64,000 nt of DNA, from positions 1 through 64,000 of the forward strand of contig PPNB01000006.1 of the NCBI GenBank assembly GCA_003707115.1, written 5' to 3'. A program made the position numbers and the translations under genes. The notes below the pieces were generated by a model, which was given only the letters and a program-made list of their open reading frames with translations, searched no databases and was not told where the DNA came from. The stretch comes from Tortispora ganteri (lineage: Eukaryota). Positions 42,699-54,200 of this stretch are shown here, in pieces; the stretch's first letter is position 1, and every line of letters starts with the position of its first letter.

Positions 42699-43847
42699 AT
42701 GTCGACTCATAAAGTCTCTGTGATTGGATCCGGCAATTGGGGAAGTGTAACTGCGAAAATCGCCGCGCAAAATGCCATAGAGCACCCAAATCTTTTTAAT
42801 CAGCATGTACGCATGTGGGTCCACGAAGAACAAGTCAATGGCAAAAATCTAAGTGAAATAATAAATACAGAACATGAAAATGTCAAGTATTTACCTGGAA
42901 TCAAACTCCCTAAGAACCTAGTTGCTGTCACTGACATAGTGGAAGCGGCTAAAGGCTCCGATTTACTCGTTTTCAATGTTCCTCACCAGTTCTTGGTCCG
43001 TTTGTGCAAACAATTGGCCGAACATATCGACGAGTTAAAAAGGGCTGCCGCCCCGCATCCGCTACGCGCCATATCCTGCATTAAGGGCCTCGACATCAAG
43101 CCTGAAGACCGCCAGGTCGATATCCCCTGCAGACTCGTCTCGCAACACCTGTCAATTCCCTGCGGGGTACTCTCTGGCGCCAACCTGGCGCCTGAGATTG
43201 CAAAGGAAAAATTCTCTGAAACTACTATTGCATACGACGAAATGAATGACAAGTTTAACGTCGAGGAAAAAATACAGAACGATGTTGCTTTACGCTTATG
43301 GAAGATACTCTTTCACCGTCCGTACTTCCATGTGCAAACTATCTACGACACAGTCGGTGCCTCTTTGGCTGGTGCGCTCAAGAACGTCGTAGCACTAACT
43401 TCAGGCTACGTAGACGGTATGAACTGGGGTGATAATGCCAAAGCAGCTATCATGCGCAGGGGTCTGCTGGAAATGGTCCACTTTGCAAACGTCTATTTCC
43501 CGGACGAAACGTCCCCCGAGACGTTCATGAAGGAATCCTGCGGAGTAGCCGACCTCATCACCTCCTGCGCAGGAGGCAGAAACCACCGTGTCGGAAAGGA
43601 GTTCATCATCCGCAAGTTTATTAACAATGACTCCTCTGCAACCATCCAGCAAGTAGAAGCTGATCTCCTTAACGGACAGAGCGCACAGGGTGTGCTGACC
43701 GCACGTGAAGTGTATGAATTAGTAGCACTCGAGAGACGTTTAGCAGATTTCCCTCTTTTCATTGCAACTTACGAGATTGCGTTCTTGAACAGAGACGTGA
43801 AGACGCTTCCTCTGCTGCTTGATAGCAGTCCTCGCGGTTCTCTTTAA
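42699..43847 (+). CDS. GPD1: NAD-dependent glycerol-3-phosphate dehydrogenase
   Basis: VIGSGNWG, HENVKYLPG, LSGANLA, GALKNVVA, ESCGVADLITSC.GGRN, LLNGQSAQG; ATG at 42699. Confidence 0.95.
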   Translation: MSTHKVSVIGSGNWGSVTAKIAAQNAIEHPNLFNQHVRMWVHEEQVNGKNLSEIINTEHENVKYLPGIKLPKNLVAVTDIVEAAKGSDLLVFNVPHQFLVRLCKQLAEHIDELKRAAAPHPLRAISCIKGLDIKPEDRQVDIPCRLVSQHLSIPCGVLSGANLAPEIAKEKFSETTIAYDEMNDKFNVEEKIQNDVALRLWKILFHRPYFHVQTIYDTVGASLAGALKNVVALTSGYVDGMNWGDNAKAAIMRRGLLEMVHFANVYFPDETSPETFMKESCGVADLITSCAGGRNHRVGKEFIIRKFINNDSSATIQQVEADLLNGQSAQGVLTAREVYELVALERRLADFPLFIATYEIAFLNRDVKTLPLLLDSSPRGSL

Positions 43848-43869
43848 CTTTTGAATGTGATCAGTCTCA

Positions 43870-44172
43870 TCATGGCTTAGCAATTTCGTGTTCTTGAGAT
43901 AACCGATCGACTATGTGCTGTTTTATCTGATCAAGAGTCATTTTCGCTTTAGTTAACTCTCTGAATGTTTTCCTTTCATTTGTCTTTCGTTCTGATTTCG
44001 ACACATGCACGTTCTTGCTCTTGTTTTGCGTAGCGTCTGTCGTAATGGTGGTGATTTCGTCTAGGGCTGATTTCAGCTCGTCTAATGGTATTTTGTCCCG
44101 ATTTTTTCTCTTGCGCCTCCGTAGGCTACTTTTCGATATTCCCGCATCTTTTACGTGCTTGTCTCGGATCAT
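43870..44172 (-). CDS. SLX9: Small basic ribosome-biogenesis protein, Slx9-like
   Basis: GISKSSLRRRKRK..D.I.LDELKSAL and a C-terminal IKQHI helix; short (100 aa). Confidence 0.6.
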   Translation of the reverse strand: MIRDKHVKDAGISKSSLRRRKRKNRDKIPLDELKSALDEITTITTDATQNKSKNVHVSKSERKTNERKTFRELTKAKMTLDQIKQHIVDRLSQEHEIAKP

Positions 44173-44429
44173 TTCTCAATGCGATTGATCTTTTATCGTG
44201 ACAGAACGAGAAAAGCTTGCTAAACTAATTGAATGAAGGATTGCCTCCTTACCCTACTAACCCTTGCCCGAAAGCGAATTTAGAGTTCTGCATCGCCTGC
44301 CAACCACCCAACATACCTTCACACACTGTTGTAAACCACATTCGTCTCCCACCTAGAAAAGAGAAGAACGTCTTTTGACCCCATACCGCTTTGTTCTTTC
44401 TCCAGACAAACCACGATTAGCTGATCACT

Positions 44430-44966
44430 ATGATAACTAGAATTGGCTGCACCAGAATATTTGGTCTCCGCTACGCAAGCACGGCTACTTCACCAGCTGC
44501 TATGACCTGGGACAGATTTCTTGCTGTGCGATCCATGCGCCGTCGAATAAATCTAGGAAGTTCAGCGACAATGGCTGTCGTCGGATCAAGCGTCGCTTGG
44601 TCGTATGCACAGGACATAGAACTTGACCCGACAAAAACGTTTATGGGCGTCGATATGCTCTATGTCATGTTAGGCGGTATCATGGCCTCTGGCGCTGCTG
44701 CTTTCGTCATTCTCGGGCCTTTGGTCGGGCAAGCTATATTCCGCTGCACCTACTTGCTGCGCTCACAGACGCGTGCCGAGTTTCTAGCCAAAGAAAACAC
44801 ATTTTTACAGCATATAAAGAAGAACCGCGTCGATCCGAGATTCCAGTCTATGTCTAACCCTGTCCCTGATTACTACGGCGAGAAGATTCGATCGGTCGCT
44901 GATTACCGTCGCTGGCTCAAGGATTGCAAGGCTTACAAGCGCAAAGCCAGCACCTTCGTCATTTAA
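44430..44966 (+). CDS. PAM17: Mitochondrial import motor subunit
   Basis: Presequence, TWDRFL..R, 2 TMs, NRVDP..QS.SNPVPDYYGEKI.S..DYRRWL. Confidence 0.93.
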   Translation: MITRIGCTRIFGLRYASTATSPAAMTWDRFLAVRSMRRRINLGSSATMAVVGSSVAWSYAQDIELDPTKTFMGVDMLYVMLGGIMASGAAAFVILGPLVGQAIFRCTYLLRSQTRAEFLAKENTFLQHIKKNRVDPRFQSMSNPVPDYYGEKIRSVADYRRWLKDCKAYKRKASTFVI

Positions 44967-45025
44967 TGAACTATTCAATGTCTATATCATATATCTTGCA
45001 AAGTAGATAAACCTCTCTTGTAACT

Positions 45026-46180
45026 TTATACTTCTTTTTCTGTAGCAAAAGGGTACGTAATGTATCCCTCTGGCGATGTCACAGTGTAGAACGTTGAACG
45101 GTCGTACATCTGAAGCGGTATACCTTCACGAAGCCTTCGTGGAAGATCAGGGTTCGATATAAACCATCTGCCAAACGCCAACGCGTCTACAGTGTCGTTG
45201 ACTGCATGTTGGTAGTTCGTACCGTTCCAGCTGCCAGCTGATATCAGAGGGATACCGTTCAGCGCTTTCTTCAAAGGCAATAGCGAGGACATCTCTTCAA
45301 CTGTTTTGCCCTTTTTAGCAGCGATTTCAGCAATTATACTGAGTTTTTCCGCAGAACGGTCCTTAGGACCGTTGGACTCGTTCCTCGGCTCGATGACATG
45401 CACGTACGCCAGTTTCCGTTTAGCCAATTCAGCTGCCAGATACGAAAAATGTTCAACGGGATCTGAATCAAGCGTTCCCTGAAACAGTCCCCAAGGACTC
45501 ATTCTATATGCCGTCCTATTGGGTCCCATTATCTCCGTTACTGCATCAACAATCTCGAGCGGGAACCTTATTCGGTTAGCAATATCCGGCCCACCGTAGT
45601 CATCAGTTCGCGTATTGATATTATCGGTGACGAACTGGTCTATCAAGTAGCCATTTGCGCCATGGATCTCAAGTCCGTCAAAACCGGCTTCAATTGCGTG
45701 CTTAGCGGCGACTCTGTACTGTTCTATCACGTCTAACATGTCGTTGCGAGTCATAGCGACCGGCTGATGATATGTGTACCCGGGTCTCTCTGCCTCGTAT
45801 TTCGCATCGGTAGCGCCGAGCGGGACCAGATGGTCTAGCTCCTTGTTCCCCTGCCAGACACGTCCCATGTGAAAGACCTGCAAAAAGATGAAGCCTCCCT
45901 TGTCGTGCACGGCGTCAACGACTTTCTTCCACCCAGCGACAGCCTCAGGGGTGTCGATTCGGGGGCTGCCTGGCAGACCACCACCGATAGGGGCGGCCCA
46001 TGTGGCCTCAGAAACCAATAGCCCACCTGGGCTAGCTCGCTGCGCATAGTAAGTAGCCATAAGTTGTCCCGGTATATGGTTTTCGGCTCTGAACCTCGTC
46101 AACGGCGCTAGTACTACGCGATGCTGCAGTTCGCAATTGCCTATTGTCAGCGGTGTAAACAGTTTGTCGATTTCAGCCAT
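45026..46180 (-). CDS. Old yellow enzyme (NAD(P)H:flavin oxidoreductase)
   Basis: LAPLTRFRA, YYAQRA, EIHGANGYLIDQF, FGRWFISNPDL, RSTFY; ATG at 46180. Confidence 0.94.
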   Translation of the reverse strand: MAEIDKLFTPLTIGNCELQHRVVLAPLTRFRAENHIPGQLMATYYAQRASPGGLLVSEATWAAPIGGGLPGSPRIDTPEAVAGWKKVVDAVHDKGGFIFLQVFHMGRVWQGNKELDHLVPLGATDAKYEAERPGYTYHQPVAMTRNDMLDVIEQYRVAAKHAIEAGFDGLEIHGANGYLIDQFVTDNINTRTDDYGGPDIANRIRFPLEIVDAVTEIMGPNRTAYRMSPWGLFQGTLDSDPVEHFSYLAAELAKRKLAYVHVIEPRNESNGPKDRSAEKLSIIAEIAAKKGKTVEEMSSLLPLKKALNGIPLISAGSWNGTNYQHAVNDTVDALAFGRWFISNPDLPRRLREGIPLQMYDRSTFYTVTSPEGYITYPFATEKEV

Positions 46181-47342
46181 CTGTAGTTCCTGCACAGCAA
46201 TGTGTTACAAGTTCTAAATGCGTTTATTCCTGTTATTCAGGCAAAAAACGAACGTTAGAAGTGTTTGTAAGTCGGTAAGTTTGTGGTTGTCTGATCGACA
46301 GCGGGGGAGGTGCATCTCTTATTAATATACGTTCGTCAACGGGACGACAAACTTTAATCTTAATAAGGTAGCTCATATGGCAGTCTACTATGGCCCAGAG
46401 AGCCACCAATTCGAGTGGCAGCGAAGAATGCAGTATGATGCTTTAGCAACATGAATACAGACACCGACACTGGCAATTGATTCAGCAAACTCAGAGAGGG
46501 TTGCCACGAACCCGCAATCCCAAGATAAGCTACATGAAAGTTATCATCTAACCGATATCGCGCCATCTACCAGGGAGTCTGTATCCAAAACAAATCATGC
46601 ACCTGTCTTGGTCTATACAAAATCGTTCGCATCATACCCATATTTATATATTGAATCAATATAGATAAGCTGTCACGTCAATGCCTATATTGTCTTGTAT
46701 TGGCACTACCGGGAGTACGGGCTAGTCAACTGACCAAACATCCCCTTGCGCCACCCACGTCTCTAGAGGTCTCCAAAGCAATGCAGGTATTCCTATCAAA
46801 CCTTTTGTCTAATTCTCAGATCATATTACTAATGTATATGCAAGACAATAACATTTGCTTTTGTTAATAATCTGTCTGACTGGATATACAGCGTTTTTAT
46901 CTGCTGTTAAACTGGAAACTCTCATTTTAATCTCACTCCATTATCATTTGCCTTGACAACAGGCTTCTACCTCTTCTATTCCTTCTGCCCTCCCCCCTGT
47001 CCCTGCTCCAAGTGATAAGTGCACCGCTCTTTCCGCTTTTAAGTTCTCGGAAAAAATACAGCTAGTTGAAAATAATTTTTTTTGATTGTCACGATTTGAT
47101 TATCTTTGTACAAGAATTGCATAGCTTTGTTTATCTCACTTTTCGGCTGTTTCTTCTCCCGGACAACGTCCTTTCTTGTCTTATTGATCCGTGTACGCTC
47201 GTCGCCTTTTCGCCATTGTGGCCCTCATATCTAGCATTCTCTGCACTTCGCCTGTATTTCTTTTTTTCCCCGCCTGATTTCACATCATATCATATTTTTT
47301 TTCCCCACCGTGCCATTCATTTGAACCCCTGATCGCCCCACA

Positions 47343-49220
47343 ATGTCTGGGCTCGAAAAAATCAACGCTACTCTGTACTGGCTCTCTAACCTCTCTGAGC
47401 GCGTCCCTGGCGCTGCCATGGTTGGCCGCTACATCCAGAGATCTCACCAGAACGACCCCGTTAGAACAGCTTTGGAAATCGGTCTGGCTCTCTTTGCCAT
47501 ACGATATTTTTTGGCATCGCGTAAAGCCGTCTCTAAACGCACCTATGTCCCCTTCACTGAGAAAGAGGTAGACGAACTTGTCGACGACTGGTACCCTGAA
47601 CCGCTTGTACCAGAGTCTCTGGAATTGGTCCAATGCATGCAGTTGTCTCGCAATCCGATCCTTGTCGGCGCAAACGGTCCCAAGACGTATATCACTTCTC
47701 CTCCCCCGTTATATCCTGTTACTGCCAACGACGCTAGCCCACGCAGCCCGAGCAGTCCAGGTACAGATTCCGCTTCTTTGGTGACCTCCTCTTCTGACTT
47801 TAGCAGTGATGGCGAACTTATAGCCCCGCATAATGCTATCCCGTCACATTACTCCCTATCAAAAGCCTTTGAGCCAATCGACTACTCTGCCCTTTCCACC
47901 AAAGAGGTTGTTAACTTTGCACTCCCCTCATTATATAGCTTTGATCAGCGCCCTGAGGTCAAGGCTAATGCTGTCCGCATTACCCGCGAATACGGCGTGG
48001 GTGTATGTGGCCCTACTGGTTTTTACGGATACTTAGATGTTCAAATCAGCCTCGAGAAAAAAATGGCGGCTTTTCTTGGTACAGAAGATGTTGTTATTTA
48101 CACTCAAGCACTTGCTACTGCCACTTCTGTTTTACCTGCATTTTGTAAGCGCGGTGACATTGTTGTCGCAGACCAGAACGTCAATTTTGCAATACAAAAG
48201 GGAATCCAAATATCTCGCTGTACCGCGCACTATTTTGCTCACAACGACCTTCGAGACCTCGAAAATATACTTGAAAAGGTGTACACCTCTTCCCTAAAGC
48301 GCAAACCCTTGACTCGTCATTTTTTGGTCATAGAAGGCATATATGACGCTACTGGACAGATTCCTAACGTTCCCGAGATTTTAAAGCTCGCAAAGAAATA
48401 CAAGTTCCGCATCATACTGGACCAGACTTGGTCTCTGGGTGTACTGGGAGACAAAGGAAAAGGTATATTATCACATTATAATATTGAACCTACTGAGATT
48501 GATATCACCATCGGATCACTTGCACACTCATTAGGATCAGGTGGCGGCTTTTGTGCTGGGTCAAATGACGTTGTTGCTCACCAGCGTATTAACTCTCCGG
48601 CCGTTGTTTTCTCAGCAGCGCTTCCAGCGGTGTTAGCGAACTCTGCTGAAAAATCAATCGATCTTCTAGAAAGTGAAGGCGATAAGTTACTCACGGACCT
48701 TCAGAAGAATATCCAAGCTGTAAGAGCAGTGTTAAGCAAAGTTTCCAACTTGATTAAAGTTTTGTCTGACCCTGAATCTCCACTTATCATAGTACATGTT
48801 AAGCCTGAAGTTCTGATGTCAGTGCTAAAGCGTCGTGGACCTTTGGTACCCGAGATCTCATATGATGAAACCTTTGAGGTCAGTGGCCAGGGACAACTGA
48901 AGAGACGAATATCTGCTGGAAAGGTTTCTTTGCCGTTTTCTTTGAGCGGTAAATCAACAACTCATCGTCGACGCCGAGCGTTGTCAAACTCGAAAGTTAC
49001 CTATGACGCCGAACGTGTTATCCTGCAAGAGATCATTGACCTATGTCTTCAAGACGGTGTACTGTTATCTCGACAGATAGCTATTGAATCGCTTGAACGC
49101 AGACCTATAAAGCCTGCCTTGAAGATAATAGTTCCGCAAGGGTTAACTGTGAAGGAGTGTGAGAAATCGGCCAGTGTTGTTAAATCAGCGCTGCAAAAAG
49201 TTCTGGGCAAGAAGCACTAA
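47343..49220 (+). CDS. LCB1: Serine palmitoyltransferase subunit LCB1
   Basis: RSHQNDPVRT, DELVDDWYPEPLV, YGVGVCGPTGFYG, AFCKRGD, HQRINS..VFSAALP; no PLP lysine. Confidence 0.93.
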   Translation: MSGLEKINATLYWLSNLSERVPGAAMVGRYIQRSHQNDPVRTALEIGLALFAIRYFLASRKAVSKRTYVPFTEKEVDELVDDWYPEPLVPESLELVQCMQLSRNPILVGANGPKTYITSPPPLYPVTANDASPRSPSSPGTDSASLVTSSSDFSSDGELIAPHNAIPSHYSLSKAFEPIDYSALSTKEVVNFALPSLYSFDQRPEVKANAVRITREYGVGVCGPTGFYGYLDVQISLEKKMAAFLGTEDVVIYTQALATATSVLPAFCKRGDIVVADQNVNFAIQKGIQISRCTAHYFAHNDLRDLENILEKVYTSSLKRKPLTRHFLVIEGIYDATGQIPNVPEILKLAKKYKFRIILDQTWSLGVLGDKGKGILSHYNIEPTEIDITIGSLAHSLGSGGGFCAGSNDVVAHQRINSPAVVFSAALPAVLANSAEKSIDLLESEGDKLLTDLQKNIQAVRAVLSKVSNLIKVLSDPESPLIIVHVKPEVLMSVLKRRGPLVPEISYDETFEVSGQGQLKRRISAGKVSLPFSLSGKSTTHRRRRALSNSKVTYDAERVILQEIIDLCLQDGVLLSRQIAIESLERRPIKPALKIIVPQGLTVKECEKSASVVKSALQKVLGKKH

Positions 49221-49557
49221 CTAGACCCAAAGTTGTTTTTTGACTAGTCCATAAATGGACAATTGAATCAGCTTTCTATCTTTACATAGTAATAGTAATA
49301 CTTCTATTTATTATTGAGTCATTTGGTGAACCCATTTGATGGTGCTCTGGTCAATAGTGAATAGGGGGCCCAAACCTCTGCTATATGTGGCGAACGTGCG
49401 CCCAGGCAACCAACTAAAAGTGTGCACCAGTTTTCCTTTTCTAAAAGTAAACAAAGACAGTTTACTCAGCGCTTTTTTAGACGCTGATTTGCTGATTTGT
49501 AAATTACAATAGTCTTTTTTTTCTTTATTTTTTTTTTATTTTTTTTTCTTTTGTGAA

Positions 49558-51099
49558 ATGTCGCAATGGTCGCAGTTTACACAATTTTCGCAGGGCGAGC
49601 CTTTGCCAAAGTTCGAGTTCCAGCTGGGGCCCGTGATCGGTAGAGGCGCTTTCGCATCGGTCAGACTAGCACAGGATCCAACAGATGGTCGCGCATTTGC
49701 GGTTAAACTGATTAATTATCGAAATGCTAAATCGCAAGGTATTGATGCGAAAAAGATCAATAACGAGGTGTTGTTGCATAAGTATTGTTCTGAGACTAAG
49801 CATAACAACATTATAGCTTTTTATGGCGCCGGTGAGAATCATTTATGGAAATGGATGGCCATCGAATACGCTGGTGGTGGCGATCTATTTGACAAGATAC
49901 AACCAGATGTTGGCGTGGACGAGAACGTATCGCAATTATATTTCCATCAGCTTGTTAGCGCGATAGGGTTTCTTCACACTAAAGGCGTAGCGCACCGAGA
50001 TGTGAAACCTGAAAACATATTCTTAGACGCCAACGGAAATCTTAAACTAGGCGATTTTGGCTTGGCTTATTTATTTAAATACAAAGACCGCACAAAGAAA
50101 GCTAAAGACCCGGTTGGATCACCGCCTTACGTTGCTCCTGAAGTAATCAAAGGCCCATATGATCCAACTAGATCAGACATCTGGTCTTGCGGTATAGTAC
50201 TTATTGTGTTGCTCACAGGATGTACTCCTTGGGATGAGCCTGTCAGCAATGATCCTGATTTCCAGAGATTCCTATCATTCAGCGGCCGTCCAGACGGCTA
50301 CAACCCATGGTCACGTATGCCGTTTGAGGCATTCTCGTTGCTCTACGGTCTGATTAAATTGAACCCAAGTGAACGCTTAACAATTGAAGAAATATTTCAA
50401 CATCCATGGTTGCGTCGACCAAACTCACTACTCAACCCAGACGGCACCTGTGCTGACCCTGTACAGTTGGCTATGAAGATGGTACAAGGGCTGAGCCTTG
50501 ACCTGAACTCGGAGCCGACATCGAATGCAACGAGTAGATTTTCAACATCTGAGTTTCACTCATCTCAACCTGTTTTTGCGCCTGAGTTTGAAGATGAAGA
50601 ACTGCCAAACATACAAGATCCAGTATTATTCTTATCACAACCTGAAATATACAACAAGTCTCCTGCGAACATTATACCCGACGACGCCACAGATGCCGAG
50701 TTCCTTGCTTCACTGCCGAGCAATATTCAGTTTACGCATTCTATACCCCAGACTATGTCGCAGGCCGCCCGGACGTTTCAAGACATATGCCCGTCTCTCA
50801 CTTTTACGCGGTTTTACACAGGAGCGCCCATGGACCAACTCGTGCCGAGGCTGCGATCAATACTTCATAGACTCAATATTGTTTTACCGTTAGATGACGG
50901 GAAACGCAATTTTGTTTGCCTAAAGATTCGCACTACAGATCGACGGCGGTGCGGTTTGGCGGGAGACATCAGGTGCACCGCCATTCAAAACTCGAATCTG
51001 ACAGAAGTACATTTTGTCAAATACAAAGGTGACCCTGTTGAATGGCGTGCATTTTTCAGGACTATAGTTCTGTCTTGTAAAGACCTTGTTGCTACCTGA
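49558..51099 (+). CDS. CHK1: Checkpoint kinase 1
   Basis: GGDLFDKIQPDVGV, HRDVKPEN, GSPPYVAPE, TPWDEP, SQ sites, C-terminal TRF...KGDPVEWRAFF domain. Confidence 0.93.
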   Translation: MSQWSQFTQFSQGEPLPKFEFQLGPVIGRGAFASVRLAQDPTDGRAFAVKLINYRNAKSQGIDAKKINNEVLLHKYCSETKHNNIIAFYGAGENHLWKWMAIEYAGGGDLFDKIQPDVGVDENVSQLYFHQLVSAIGFLHTKGVAHRDVKPENIFLDANGNLKLGDFGLAYLFKYKDRTKKAKDPVGSPPYVAPEVIKGPYDPTRSDIWSCGIVLIVLLTGCTPWDEPVSNDPDFQRFLSFSGRPDGYNPWSRMPFEAFSLLYGLIKLNPSERLTIEEIFQHPWLRRPNSLLNPDGTCADPVQLAMKMVQGLSLDLNSEPTSNATSRFSTSEFHSSQPVFAPEFEDEELPNIQDPVLFLSQPEIYNKSPANIIPDDATDAEFLASLPSNIQFTHSIPQTMSQAARTFQDICPSLTFTRFYTGAPMDQLVPRLRSILHRLNIVLPLDDGKRNFVCLKIRTTDRRRCGLAGDIRCTAIQNSNLTEVHFVKYKGDPVEWRAFFRTIVLSCKDLVAT

Positions 51100-51175
51100 A
51101 TGGATACCGCATTTGTCTTTATTTTAGAAAATCATCCCTGTCACATACTTCCCTATTGCACTTAAAGTCTGACTT

Positions 51176-51191
51176 ACGCGCCACCACGCGT
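51176..51191 (+). promoter_or_regulatory. Tandem MCB-like elements upstream of RAD50
   Basis: ACGCG 51176-51180 and ACGCGT 51186-51191. Confidence 0.55.
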
Positions 51192-51206
51192 TATACACAC
51201 CATAAA

Positions 51207-54200
51207 ATGTAAGTATATAACAAAAAGGCGTATAGGTAAACAAATAAAAGAATTAAAACTAACGTATAGGTCTGTTATTGACCAACTAGGTATACTTGGT
51301 GTGCGGTCATTTGACTGTAGAAGTGCGCAGGTGATTCAACTACAAACGCCATTAACGTTGATCACCGGTCAAAACGGATCAGGTAAAACTACGATAGTAG
51401 AATGTTTAAGGTATGTCACTACGGGGATTTTGCCACCAAATTCTAAAGGTGGTTACTTCATTCTTGACCCAAAAATAGCCCATGAACCAGTTGTTAAAGC
51501 ACAAGTACGATTGAGCGGAACGTCAATTAAAGGTGATGAGTTCACGGCGACTCGTGTTATGTCACTTTCATCCACTGGTACTTCTACAACTTTTAAAACA
51601 TTAGATTGCGAACTGAGAATGACTACTTCTCATGGAACAGATACAAAGCCTTATAGGGCAGAAGCGCTCAGCGCCGCATTGACTAATATTCTTGGTGTTC
51701 CAACCGCAATCCTGAAATATGTCGTTTTCTGTCACCAGGAAGAATCGCTATGGCCACTTAGCGAGCCTAAGACTTTAAAGGGTATATTTGATGAAATATT
51801 TGACAGCGAAAAATACTCAAAGGCAATTGTGGCGTTTAAGAAATACTGTAAGGAAAAGCTCAATGAAATTAATGTCCTCGAAGCGCATCTCGAAGGTCTC
51901 AAGAGCGACAAGGAACAGGCAACTATTTTGCGTAACCAAATAGCAGAGAAATCCGCAGTTATTGAACAGAAAAAGAAGGAGTCTAGTGAAGTTGAGAAAA
52001 GTATGAGGCAGACAACGAGTGATATGAAAAAGCTCGAGCAGTTAATAGCACAATACGGTGATTACAATGCTAAAATTGATAGACTAACACAGTCTATTAC
52101 TGATCTTCAAAATAATATTAAAATTAGTGAAGAATCTGATACCGAGCTAAAGAATTATGCTAAAAATTCTGATGAGAAAAGCCAGAAGATTACAAAGGAA
52201 CTTCAAAAAGCAAAAACTGACCGTCAAAATGAACGTCAAGAAATAGACAATCTCCAAAAGTTGATTCGCAAATGTATCTCACAAAAAACTAGACTCTTGT
52301 CTACTAAAGAATCTATCACAAAATCAATTGCACAAATGATAGACGAAATCTCAAGCTTTTTATTAGTTTCAGATCTCGAACTATCTTTCAAATCTCATGA
52401 TATAGAATCTTTAAAAACATTGGATCAAATAAAAGCTATTTGGAATGAAATGAAAGCGAAAATAGATGAAAAAGAATCAGAAATCACTAAGAAGCGTGAT
52501 TCACTCGTTTCTGTGCGCGATACACTTAGAAATGAAATCGCCGGTGCAGATTCGCAAATGAACCATCTAGAAAAGAAATATCAAGAATTACGAAAACTAA
52601 AGGCCTCTCAAAATAGCACCTGCAAAGAAACGGAGGCTAAAGTAGCAAAATTGAGCACTACTTTAGACACTGATCTGGTTATGAAAAATGAACAAATTGA
52701 GCTTTTGAGAGATCAACTAGTTGAAATGAATAAGGTGTTTAATGATAACAAAAATCTGTCTAATATCAGTCAAGAGGAATTTAACAGCAAAATTGACGCA
52801 TTAGATCAGGAAATTACAGATACTCTATCCTCATTATCTACGCAAATGCTGTCCTGTGCTCCAGAATTACAGCAGAAAAATGTTCTGACAGCATTAATTC
52901 TCGAAAAGCAGATGACCATAGAAACACTTGCTGTAAATCTGCGCTCAAAGTTGGCATCCATTCAAAGTGATCTGAAGACTGATATAAGTTGTCCATCGAA
53001 ACTTCTGATGTGCGCCAAAGAATTCGTATCTGCTCGGAAAGCTTCTGAATTTGAGGTCTATGCTCAAATGTCCGAATTATATGCGGAACAATGCTTAAAT
53101 GAACAGGAGTATACAGAGCGTTCCAATACTTTGTCTGAGCTAACTGCACTAAGATTGAATATACAAGGTCAGATAAATGAGTTTCTGTCAATGTTACAAT
53201 TCAAAGATGCTGAAGATTTCATACATGACCTAGAAAATTCAGCCTCTGTTGCAGATAATGATAAATTTATCATTGATTTTAAGAATTCCTTCAATGATAA
53301 TTTTTACAAATATAGATCTGGTACTTTTTGCGCTTTTTGCAAAAAGGATTCGGCCTGTAAATCGAGATCAAAGGGCTGCTTGAAGCCAAAAGACTTGAAG
53401 GCAAGTGATTCGGTCAAAATGGCTCTGACAAATTCCTCGTATGGCAGCATGTTGAAAGTTCTTAATGAACAAATTACAAAAGTCAAACTTGCTATTGATG
53501 ATCTAAAAGCCAAAATTGCTCTTCAGCAAGGCACACTAGCGCAACTAATGTCTCAGCTAAAGGGTTTTGAAAAGCAAAGCATTTTAAGTAGAGAGATGGA
53601 ACCGCTTATATATGAGTTGCAGTTTCAGCTAAACGAACTTGATCTACTTCGCTTGCGGCTCGATAGTCAAAGCAACTCAAGTGATGCTGGTAGTAATGAG
53701 GATAACATAATTGGGCTTGTGCCGAGAATATCTGAATTGATTTCTTCTAAAAAAGCTCTGGTTGATCGACGATACAACGAACAACAGTTTTTAGATAATA
53801 AACGTGGAAAGATAGTCGAGATACAGGACGAGATCGATCAAATGAAAATAGATATTAGCTCTATCCGCAATGAGATTACCTTAAGGAACTCTCTTCGCGA
53901 ATCGCTAAATCAAAGTCTGACTATGGTGGATCAAACTGAGAAGGAACTGAAGGAATGTGAAATACAGATTCGAGATATCTCTAAGAGTCTGACTAGTCGT
54001 AAAGCTGACATAAAGGCAGCTAATGAAGCATTGGAGGCATTTGAATCTAAGGATATTGTTCATTTCGAAAAACTAAAAACTCAAACGGCTAATATTGGCT
54101 ACGAACTGACAAGGGCTTTAAAAGAAGAAGCTTCAGAAAACGGTGGTCATATAGATGAAGAGCTCGAGAAGATTGTTGAACTCATAAAGTCGTATGAAGA

